Positions 12,808-24,800 of a DNA stretch of 64,000 bases are shown here, piece by piece. Within the stretch, counting starts at the first letter, position 1, and the number at the start of each line of letters is the position of its first letter. The notes below the pieces were generated by a model, which made no database searches, was not told the origin of the DNA, and worked only from the letters and a program-made list of their open reading frames with translations. Made by a program: the position numbers and the translations under genes. The stretch spans positions 12,009,611 through 12,073,610 of the forward strand of contig CM119265.1 of the NCBI GenBank assembly GCA_051294375.1, read 5' to 3'. Origin of the DNA: Paraspadella gotoi. Its lineage: Eukaryota > Animalia > Chaetognatha.

Positions 12808-15800
12808 TAATAAAGATTCAAGTAAATGTAACTTATGTTTTTCCATTTAAACTCATTTCCACTGGCACAATTCCGTCAAAACTTTATATCTAGCTTCTTC
12901 ACACACTTTCCTACCCGCTCACAAAATTTCATCTCAATCTATATGGGTAAAATAAGTAAAAAGATTCAAGTAAATGTGACTCATATTTTTTCATTTAAAC
13001 TCATTTCCACTCGTACGTTTCCACCGAAACTTTATATCAAGCATCGTTACACATTTTTCTAACCCACACAAAAAATTTGAACTCAATCTATCCATCCAAT
13101 TATGATTAATTAAGTACTTATTGGTTAAAATAATTAAAAATATTTTAGTAAATGCGACTTATGTTTTTTTCCTCTTAAACTCACACGATTCTCGAAACTT
13201 TATATCAGCTTTATCACACACTTTCCTACCCACACACAAAATTTCTTTCCAATCCAAGGTGGGACGGATGGACGGATTCATTGACTGATTAATTAATTAT
13301 TTGATTAATTAATTAACTAATTGATTAATTAACTGATAATTATTTGATTTATTAATACATCCTGCATATACATTTAATATAAAAGGAAAAAGAATCATAA
13401 TCAATTAGTGAAACAGGTTTTTTGTTTTTTTCCATTTAAACTCATTTCCACTCAAAAGATTCCATCGAAACTTGGTTTCCTGTTCAATCACACACTTTTC
13501 TACTCACATACAAAATTCCAGGTCAATCGATAATTAAGTGGTAATAAGCTAACTTGTTCAACTTGCATAATTTAATCAACTTGAATAATTTGGTCAACTG
13601 ACATAATTTGGTCAACTGACATAATTTGTGCAACTGACATAATTTTCAACTGACATAATTTGGTCAACTGACATAGGCACGACATAATTTGGTCAACTGA
13701 CATAATTTGGTCAACTGACATAATTTGATCTCAATTAAGATAATTTGGTCAACCGGCATAATTTGGTCAACTGGCATAATTTTTACAACTTGCCTAATTT
13801 GGTCAACTAGCATAATTTGGTCAACTGGCATATTTGGTCAACTGGCATGATTTGGTCAACAGGCATAATTTGGTCAACGCATAATTTGGTCAACTTGCAG
13901 AACTTGATCAACTTGCAGAATTTGGTCAACTGGCATAATTTGGTGAACTTTAAGAATTTGGTCAACTGGCATATTTTTGTCAATTGGCATAATTTGGTCA
14001 ATCAATCAATCAATCAATCAGAGAGAGATAGAGAGAGAGAAACTTTCAAAAATTCAAATAATGTGTCTTTTGGTTTTCTAATTGAACTCTTTTCCACTCG
14101 CACGATTCCATCGAAACTTTATATCCAGCTCAATCACACATTCCTACCATCATACAAAATTTCAAGTCAATTGCCCTATCCACTCATGAGCAATTGGCGT
14201 TCAAATAGTGAAATATATTTTTTTGTTTTTTCCATTTAAACTAATTTCCACTCGCACGATTCCCTCGAAACTTCATATCCATCTCAATCACATAGTTTCC
14301 TACCCACACACAAAATTTCATACCAATCCATCCATCCAATCACGAGTAATTGGAGTTTTTTTGCTAAGGTGGGACGGACGGACGGACAGACAGACAGACG
14401 GACGACGGACGGACATCGTTTTTTTTGCATAATTTATCATAATTCGATGTTCTGACATGATATAAGTGTGTGCCCGACAATATTGAGGGGGCGGACCGAC
14501 GGACCGACAAAGTGAATTATAGAGTCGGGATCTGCTGATAAGCGAACCGACTAAAAATGATAAAAGCTTAAAATAAAATAAAAATTAAAAAAAATATATT
14601 TGTATTTGTATATATTTAAAATTGTAATATGATAAACAAGCAGTGGGTCAAGCTTTGTTTTCCAGTTAAAAATAATGAAAAATGATTATTTTATCACAGA
14701 CAAAAAGGTAGACAACCAAACTGTTTATATTAAACTTAAAATCACTTTTAATTTATAATTTTACATATTTAAAATAACATTTTATCATGCTACTATATGT
14801 ATTTTTGCTTGTTTTTTACTAAAAAACTAAAAAATACATGCAAATTTATGGAGTAAAAAAGCTTTAATGGTAATCAAAATGTAATTCAGTCTTTCCTTTT
14901 TACAAGTCCGAAAGAAAAACAAAAAAATTCATATGCCTTCATTAAAAATTTTAACTCCGAAAACTGTTATACTTTTAACTAGGTTTTAAACAAATCCTGT
15001 CTTAACATTTTTGGATAAAATTTATAGAAACTAGTTCAGAAAGGTGCCCCATGATTACGGCTTTAATTTGATACCTCGCCCACCATCCTATCTCTTTTCT
15101 TTCAAAAGTTATGCAAAAAAAAACCTTTTTTTATCATCGGAGAACTAAGGATTTGAACTACGCAGTACAAATCTTTGTTAAATAAAAATTTCAGCAAAGC
15201 AGGAGTATCTCAATTTATCCTATTGGTATAATACCTAAATTTCAAAATAAAAACTAAAGAAAAATTTTTTATCATCTAGAGACATATCACTTTCAGTTGT
15301 ACCCATCGTCTTACTCATTTATGGCTTATGGTTTAAGAATTCAGAGAAACAAAGTATTTAGTCCAAATTTCAACTTTTACGCTGTATTTTACTGTATCAT
15401 TCTTGCCGAATCATATTTTGCATGTATTTGTCCAGCATAACTGTCAGGAAGGGATGGCTTATTAGTACAAATGGTCAGACAGTAAATTCAATGACCGATA
15501 ATTTTTTTTTCGTGCACATGAAATTAAGCGTGATCTGTCTCTGCGTCATATGTCAATTGACCAAAAACGCTGAGTTTGAGACCCATCACCCGGTTTATAG
15601 TAGCCATTGTTAAGAAGGTGCTGCCCGAGTTTGACGGCTTTGCTACGGTCGATTGCCTTATCCATTTCTTCCTTCTTTTCTGTTAGGTATTTTAAGAGAA
15701 CATTCGTTGCATCTTGTCCTATGAGAAAGTAATATTAAAATTAAATAAATCATTAATCATCTCAAATTCAAAAATCACAGCTTAGGGTAATGCGGGGTAA

Positions 15801-18800
15801 TTCGGAACACTTTTGGAAGTAATCAAATTTTTCGCAAAATAAATTTATTTTTAAATAAAAATTTTCTGGTGATATATCTAGGAAAGTGTCCCCACTACAG
15901 GATGATGTATTCATTTTTATCCTGCGGCCCCTTGGGGTAGCATTTTTTTTCCCCGTTTTACCCCACCCTGGGGTAAAACAGAACACTTAATAAATTATGT
16001 ATAATTTTTTATAATATTACCAAAAATAATAACTAAAACACTATTATTAAAAACAGAGCCTTTCATTTATGTTTTATGTATAAAAAATTTGTGTATAGAC
16101 TTTCGTTTTTTGTTGTTTTTGGGCATTAGGAGAAAAACATTTTTATTTGTTTTGACAACGAATTTTTATTGACAGTTTTTGGCAAAGTGTCTGCCAAAAA
16201 CTGTCAATAAAAATTCGTTGTCAAAACAAATAAAATTGTTTTTCTCCTAATAGGGGTAGCAGCACTCAATGGGGTGAGTCAAAAATTTAGAGCGAGTACA
16301 TGCTGAAACGAATATTTAGACATTTTTAAGAATACTTTCAATGGACAAAAAATTTCTAATATGGCTCTTTACCCTAGTAATTAATTTTTATCGTCCCAAT
16401 CGCTAAGCGTTTGCGACGATATTGTAACACTTTTGCGCATAAGTGGCGTAGGCGTCGTCGTCATCGTCGTTCCAAATTATAGATCGCCTTTTTTATGATT
16501 AAATTTGAGTTTATGAAGCTGAAAATTTATATACAGCTTCTCATCATCGATGTGCTTAAAATTGAGTCTGGACAGTTATTAAATATGTTTTGTTTATGTT
16601 TTATCAAAACAAACAAATTTTCTCTCTTTTATTTTCATATTTCTTTCTCTCTATCTTTTTTCTTTTAATTACATGTCTCTCTCCCTCTCTCTTTTCCCTA
16701 TTCACTGATTCATAATCATAGGGAAAAAAACGAGTCTGCAGCTGGCTCTGCAGGGGCTTATTCTTTTTCTCTATTTTCTCCTGCTGCTTTTGCTGCTGCC
16801 TTTTGAGTGCAGCTGGCTCTGCAGGGGTTCTCTCTTTTCTCCTGCTGCTTCTGCTGCTGCCATTTGATTTCTTTCTTTTTTCTCTCTTTCTCGCTGCGTT
16901 TTTATTTAAAAAAAAAATTGAAATAGGATTGAACTCGTAAAATTAGGCATCGCATTCGTGCATGTTATCATTTTGCTATCGCAACATCGGATTTTTATTT
17001 CGTTTTGACAATAATTTTTTTAATTTTTAAATTTTTTAATTAATTTTTAATTTTTTTAAAATTTTGTTAAAATTTTTTTTAAAATTTTTTTTTTTAATTG
17101 ACAATTGCAAAATAGAATTTTTCTTTCCTTTCTATTCTGTCTTTATTCTTTTCTTCTTTTTCTTTCTGTTTATAAATTATATTTCTTTTCTCAAATTTGA
17201 TTTTTTTTAGTATCAAAATTTGTCGTCAATCCAGATTTTTCTTATGCGATTGCGACGATCCTATTGCTTTTAAGATTTTTTTAATATTTATTTATAGATA
17301 GGAAAGGCAAAAATTTTTTTTTTAATTTTTAAATTTTAAGACCAGATTCAGATAGCTCATAAAAAGTTTTCTACACAAAGTATGATTTTTTAAAAATATT
17401 TTTACGATAAGTGTGTCAAAAATAAGAAAAACTAAAAAATATCATCGTCATCTTTCGATGATTTTATTAGTTTTTTTATATTTTCACTTAGAAAACGTAA
17501 GAATTTTTAAAAGCTGTAATTATATTTCTTGTTTAACTTTTTATGCTCTATCAGAATCCATTAAAAAATTTTAAGATTTTTAAAAAATATTTTTTGCTTT
17601 ATATAGTAATACCATCTTGGAAAATGAATAAGTCGCCAAATTTTAAAGTTAGTTAATTGTATATTAAAATTTAAATATAACAGAAAAAATGGGTATCAAT
17701 ATGTAGTGTGAACTCCCTTGCTCTTCACAACTTCATTTATTCTGTTCGGCATTGACTCATAGAGCGACTGCAGGTATTCCAAGGAGAGGTTATCCCAAAC
17801 TTTTTTGATAAGTCGTTTCATGGCTTGCAGAGATGTTGGACGTTCGTTTCTCAGTCGATTTTTCATCTCTGACCACACACTTTTGATCGGATTGAGATCC
17901 GGAGAGTTCCCAGGCCAGTCAGGTAGAAGTTTAACCCCATTTCGGCGATGCTACTCTCGTCTCCTTGGCTCGATGCAGAGGGGCGTTGTCTTCCATAAAA
18001 ACTCCACCTCGGACAAATTCCTTTATCTTCGCTTCAAGAATTTCTCTGTATTTGGCGCCTTCAACGCGTCCCGAAATGAAGATTAACTTTGACTTGGCAC
18101 GAGAAGATATTGCACCGAACACCATGACCTTCGGTTGTTGCTTAACCGTCTGCAATATGCAATTAGGATGCAATGCTTCGCCGACTCCGCTTCACACTTC
18201 GAAGATTCAGTCTTAGCTGCTTAGATATGGAAGTATTCTTGATACCCGCTTTGTGCAATTCAATTATAAATGCACGTTGATCACTTGTAAAATGCCAACG
18301 TTGAGGCATAATAAAAAAATAGTGTAAAATAAAAAAAAAGAAGGAAAAAAATTATTAAAATCTGAAATACGCCAAAGAAAGCAAATTTTTTTCAATCTCC
18401 TTCCTTTTCTTTCCTCTGCCCTGATGGCAATTTTTATCATAATCTAACATAAATCGGCTCCATTTGATCGAAAATCGCAAAGCTTTCTGGAAATATAATT
18501 TTCTTCTTTCAATTATGTTAGGAAGGTGTTTAAAAATGATCGAGAAGTTTGGCGACTTATTCATTTTCCAAGATGGTATAATATTTTTAATTAGGCGAGC
18601 AACCTCAGAAGAAAGCATTATTGACAAAAAATATTTTAATACCATAATCTATGGTCATGATAGATTATTTTGACGCTGTATACATTAGCATTTAAATTTC
18701 ATCGCCTATGGCTACTCCTAATTAGAGTTTCGTTAACCGTTAATTTTTCAGGAAATTCGCTTAACCTTTAAAACTAACATTTTTAACGGTTAACCATTAA

Positions 18801-21800
18801 AATCGGTTAATTTTATAATTCAACTTCAAATTTAAAATACTAATATTTAAAACAAACACATAGTTACGAAAAGAAAAATTGGTTTGAGCAAACTATCTTG
18901 AAATTACCCATTAAGGCGTAGTGAAAGTTACATACGAAAATTCTAAAAGTCAATTATGAACAACATACCATCAGTGAACATTAATTTATAAAAAAATTAA
19001 TTTTATGTTTTTTAATTTTCGCAGTAGGCTATATTTATATATAGTACTATCCTTATAAAATCGAAAAATTTCAAAATAAGCTTTTCTTAATTTTGATTGC
19101 AGATTTGAATTCCTCGTCAAAAGTTGATAAAAGAAAATATAAATCATTTTTAAAAATTCTTTCATTAAGTGGGTTAAAAATTGAAAAAACTATATTTAAT
19201 ATATAAAAAATTAATTTTCAGCTTAAAATATAGCTTTTTCTAATTTTTGACCCACTTAATGAAGGAATTTTTCAAAAAGAGTTATATTTCTTTTTATCAA
19301 CTTTTTATGACGAATCCAAATCTGCAAAAATTTTTTAGAAAAAACTGTTTTAAAATTTTAACATTTATTGATTTAGTACTAGTATAAATATGGCCTACTG
19401 CGTAGATTGTAAAATTTATTATAAATTTTTTTATTACATAAATGTTCATTAATATAATGTTGTTCGTTCCTCACTTTTAGAATTTTAATTAAAGTTAAAT
19501 TTAGAAATTTTACTATGCCTTATTACCCATTCTAATTGAGCTTATCAGCTAATCTTGCATACAAGTTTTTTTCTTTTGCCTTAAGCATAATACAAATATA
19601 AAAAAAGTCAAAGAAAGAAAAATCACAATTTAATTCTAATTTTATATTAAGTTTTCTCGTTCTCTCTTTCACTTTCTCTTTCTCTATTTCTCTTCCTCAT
19701 TATTTTTTTAGTTGTTAGTCTTTCATAACCATAATTATAAATAAAAAATATGAATATTACTTTATTAATTGAATGGTTTATTGATTGAGCTATTGATCAA
19801 AAGATTTATTGATTAATAAATATATTTTTTCGTTTTATTAAAAAGTATATCATCATTGAAAGATATTTTTAGTTAGCCTTAATGTCTTTTTAAAGATTCC
19901 CTCCTTCTATTATTAATTCTTGAATTTTTTATAAATTTTTTTTATTAATTTTTTTCATTCATTTGGTTTTATTCCATATGCTTCTTTGTTTATTCTAAAG
20001 AGGGAAAGAAAAAGAAGAATTATTTATTTTTTTAACAACAAAATAGAATAAAAAGTTTTTCATGTAAGAATTTAATTTGTAAGAAAATGTACAGAAGGCT
20101 TCATATTATAAAATGTAGTACCCCTTTTTTGTGACCAGAATCTGTTCCCACCAAACTACCCAATCGAATTTAATGAAATTTTACATTTAGAGTGCTAATG
20201 AGTAATGACTATATAAATGGATCTATCGAGGCGAATTTTGATATTCAACCCCTGACAAGAGATACAGGGCCCTGTGGGTGGACCCCTGGGGGGCCAAAAA
20301 ATGCTAAAATTTTTTTTTTTTTCAAATTTTTTATTAGCATCATGTGCATTGACGTTTTAAACATAAGAAAAAAAAATTTTAGAACTAAAATTGATAAATT
20401 GGCAATAATTAAACAATGGTTGAAGATGCTTGGTTCATCGTTTTACTTCCAATTTTCCCAAATTATTTCAAATCTGACTTTAACTGCTGAGGTTCATGAA
20501 GCTAAAAATTATGGTAAATGAATATTTTTGATGTAATAAATACGTTTTTGTGGAAGAGTAAACGTCTATGCAACTGTTTAAAACAAAAATTATTAAAAAA
20601 TTGGTAAAAATTCGCCTCGATAGTTCCATTTGTATCACTACTGGTACTCCGCATGCAAAATTTCATTAAATTCTATTCAGTAGTTTTCTCGGAACGTGTT
20701 CAGGTCACAAAAAAGGGGTACCACATTTTATAATATGAAGCCTTCTGTATGTATTTGCATATATTTTATATTTCAAAATATTATTTGATGGAAATGCATT
20801 GTGTTATGTAATCCTTTCTTTCGTTGTGATTAGAGATTAGAGACAGAGTTTGAAATAATTGGCAACAACAATTTATTTTCAAGATGAAAACGTACATGTT
20901 TCGGCTTTTTTACAAGCCTTCTTCAGCGTCAATTTAGTTTGTGAAATTATTAGAGAGATTTTGTGTAGAAGATGGGGAGAGAGAAAGAGAGAGAGAGAGA
21001 AACAGAGAAACTTTGCCCTCTCTATGTTTCCCCTCTCTCTCTCTCTCTCTCTTTTGTCTACACAAAATCTGTCTTATACTTTCACAAACTAAATTGACGC
21101 TGAAGAAGGCTTGTAAAAAAGCCGAAACATATACGTTTTCATCTTGAAAATAAATCGTTATTGCCAATTATTTCAAACTTTGTCTCTAAGATGTAAATGC
21201 ATTAAATTAGTTGAAAGGAAAAATGAAAAAAAATTGGGAGAAAGTAAAAAAAAATACTGGAAGGGCAGAAAAAAAGGAGAGAAAAGAAAGGGGGAAAGAA
21301 GCAGGGGAAAAGAGAGAAAGAAAAAGAAAGGAACATAAGGGTATAAAGTTAGGGGAATAAAGAATAAGAGATAGAAAAAAGATTGGGATTGATAATAAAA
21401 AAGGAAAAAAAAAAACATTGAAAAAATGGAAAAGAGAGAGAGGGGGGAAATATGGTGAGAAAGGGAGAGGAGAATAAGAGAGGACGGGAAAAAAATACTT
21501 TTCTTTTAAAAAATTAAAGATTTCCTAACAAATAATAACAAAAATCGTATTTGAAAATTAAACGAATTTAACCGTTACAATAAATACATTAACGGTTAAG
21601 TTAAAATTATAATTAACCGTTAATAACCGTTAGCTTTTAACGGTTATCGGAACTCTACTCCTAATGTATAAAAAATTGAAATTCTTATATTTTTAAGTGC
21701 TTAAGACACAAAGAAAAATAACGTGGCGAAACGGTCTCGTGCTGATTTTGTCCCTTTAAAATTATTTCTGAGCCAAATTAATTGATCATTACTTTTGGTA

Positions 21801-24800
21801 ATATGTGCAATATACACTACTGGACATTACTGTACCTGACCATAACCCTTGACCATCAACAAAAAAGCTAACTAGATCAAAAGTAGTAAAAAAGATGAAG
21901 CAATATAGCTCAAAACACTTACAAAATTTTAGACCATTAGTTTTATAAATGCAAAAAAAATATTAATATTATTAAAACAAAACTTTAACGATAATCTAAT
22001 AGTTAACCGAGACCAAGATGAATATTTTTTACCCATCATTTCCTCAATTTATATGAATCATGTTTTTTTTAATTAGTCAATTAATCTAAATAACAATATG
22101 ACAAATTCATTTTTAATTTTTTTTATGAATGGGAAGTTTTCTCTCTGCTTACTCCCCTTGTGTCTAATTATTTAATATTTTAAAGGTATTTTCAAAAACC
22201 TTATATAATTACTATATTTTTCACTTTTTTTCAATTCTTTTCAAACAAAAACATCATAAAAACATTTTAAATTAATAAAAAAAAATTGAATGATTTTGGG
22301 AAAAAATATTTTGAAACTTGAGAATAATGGATTATGAGTCAGGAAAAAAATTTTGCAATTCTAAAAAAAATCAGCCTCCAGCCTTTCGATTTTCTAGAGG
22401 CTGATTTTTTTTATTTTTTTGATATTTTTGATTTTCTATGCAAAACCATTATTCTCATGAGCATAGGTCGGACGAAATTTTTTTCCCAACAATTTGAAAA
22501 AATTCAACTTTTCTAATTAGGCTTTTTTGGGGGAAATAAATAATAAATTATCATATGATGGGTACATCTGAAAGTGATATGTCTCTAAATGACAAAAAAA
22601 ATTTTCTTCAAGTTTTATTTTGAAATTTAAGTATTGTACCAATAGAAATAAGTGAGATACTCCCGCTTTGCCGAAATTTTTATTTAACAAAGATTTGTAC
22701 TGCGTAATTTAAAATAACTTTGAAAGAAAAGAGAGGTAACAAGGTGGATGTGGTATCAAATTAAAGCCCTAATCATGGGACACCTTTCTAAAAGAGTTTT
22801 ATTAAATTAAATCCATAAATCTTTACACAGCTTTTGTTTAAATCAGAGTTAAAAGTATAACAGTTTTTTGCTTTAAAAATTTCAATGAAGGCATATGAAA
22901 TTTTTTTTTTCTTTTGTAATTTGAAAAAGGAAAGACTGAATTACATTTTGTTTATTATTAAATTTTCTTTATTCCATAAAATTGCTTATATTTTTTCAGA
23001 TAAAGTAAAAAAACAAGCAAAAATTTATGTTGTAGCTGATAAAATGTATTTTTTAAATTTTAAAAATGATAAATACAAAAATGTTTTCAGCTTGATATAA
23101 ACAGTCTGGACATCTACCTTCTTGTCTGTGAAAAAAAATCGGCATTTTTCATTATCTTTAACTGCAAACTAAAAGCTTAATTCTATTATTTATCATCCAT
23201 TTTAATTAAGAAAAATATTTCTCGTAATAGCCCATTGGAAAGGGTTCATTGACTGACTTAATGATAAATTTTTTAGATTTCTTTACTGCCCCCATTTCAC
23301 AAGATATAATAGATCATGGTTATCATGTCAATAAGTCCAGATTATCTGTACCCTTTCTGCAACCTGGATTCCAAATTTTCTTTTTTTCCCTTTCAAATAT
23401 ATTAAATAAAAAAAATTATTTGAGAGAACAATCGGCTGTGGAGGATGCATTGGTAAGCCTTAGTTACCCCACTTCCCGATCGAATTTTTAAATGAGGTTT
23501 TTTTTCCATCTATTTGAGACATAACACTAACTATTAGTAATAATTATTTTTTTTATTTTTCTGATTTTATAATTCTATGAATAAATATGAATAAGTAACT
23601 TTTTAAAAAATGTATCATCTTTCACCCTATATTCAGTCATATCTAAAAAATAAAACAAAATTTTGCATTGATATTTTGGATATCAACATATGAAACTATA
23701 ACGTTTCAAAAAATAAAAAGAAATATAATAATATTGAACAGTGAATTTTTTTTATGCACGGAACAGTAACGTTACGCCATTTTTCATTGTGTCTTAAAAT
23801 GATTTTTAATACCATGTTCTCAGTTTTGCAATATTATAGAATGACAATAGATACCAAATTTATATATATTTTTTTATTTATAGTATTTTTGACCGAGTTT
23901 TTTATTTCCTTCCATTCCTATATTTTGATCCCATCTTCCTTTTCAATTAATATTGGTTTTTGGCCCTTTTTTTATTTCCAATGTTATTTTTTCTTATTCT
24001 TTTTATCATTTATATTTATCTTTAGAAATTTAGCTTATTTTTTATTTCCTTTTCAAAATATTTTTATTCATATTATTTTTATATTAATTTCATCTTAATT
24101 TTTTTTTACTAATTCTTTAACCATATTTAGGCGTTAAATTTCATTCCAAACTTTTGTAACTTTTTATTGCTAAAAATAGATTTCTTTACTGTATTATTAA
24201 TAGTATAATAATTTTTTTCACCTTATTATATAACAAATGTTGCTATATTTATTACTGAGTAAATTATCACTAAAACTTAATAAAAAGCATATTAGGTAAC
24301 ACAGAATTCTTACTTTAAGGGTGTTCCGTTTTACCCCAATTTAATTGTAGCTTTGTAAAAAATAATTGAATTTTTTTTTGAAATAATCTATACAATAACT
24401 AAAAATTAGTAGTCTCGTCTATCATATATTAATATTCCATAGTCATATTACATCAAATATGACTGTGACAGAGGCTTGAAAACGACTACTCAAAGACGAA
24501 ATTTGACTAGCAGCTTTGAAATTGCTGCTACAGCAGCAGCTGAATGCTGTAACTGCTGTAATGGAAAGTCAAGTTGGTGAAATATTAAATGAACAAAAAA
24601 CAATTAAAAAATATCTATACACAATTTTTTTATTTCATTTTATATGTCAGTGTTCCGAATTACCCCTGTTCCGAATTACCCCGCACTACCCTAACTTCTC
24701 TTACCGGAAAATATCTCCACAGAACCAGCCGTACTTGACAGCAGCCCAAATCCTCCGCGCTTGCGTCTCTTCACAGCGACGTTTTCCCGCAGCGCCGCTA

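Larger units (their letters stand above)
11312..14556 (+). mobile_element. Helentron/DINE-like element with internal tandem duplications
   Basis: 5' AACAAGTTTGAGCAAACAATGTCGGATCTGCC (also at 45107), repeated about 130-bp TTCCATTTAAACTCATTTCCACT units, GGAC/AGAC microsatellite and 3' stem-loop followed by an A-run. Confidence 0.65.
10481..15587. mobile_element. About 5.1-kb composite TIR element inserted at a 5' splice site of the DEPDC gene
   Basis: ATATGACGCAGAGACAGATCACGCTTAATTT at 10481 and its reverse complement at about 15521-15551; ACCCG on both flanks (10476-10480, 15588-15592). Confidence 0.7.
18723..21657. mobile_element. Non-autonomous hAT-like element carrying nested insertions
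   Basis: TIR TAGAGTT(T/C)CG, subterminal TAACCGTTAA repeats, 8-bp TSD CTCCTAAT. Confidence 0.88.

Noticed and set aside
13550-14001. CRISPR-like array or repetitive ORFs
   Set aside because: Contiguous 18-bp units with no unique spacers, in a eukaryotic intron; the ORFs are by-products of the repeat
10476-15600. DEPDC gene disrupted by an exonic insertion
   Set aside because: An in-frame GT-AG intron (15589-10428) removes the whole insert
18355-18645. ORF as the missing DEP-domain exon
   Set aside because: It overlaps the Tc1 TIR, and exon 24705 joins exon 15718 in phase without it
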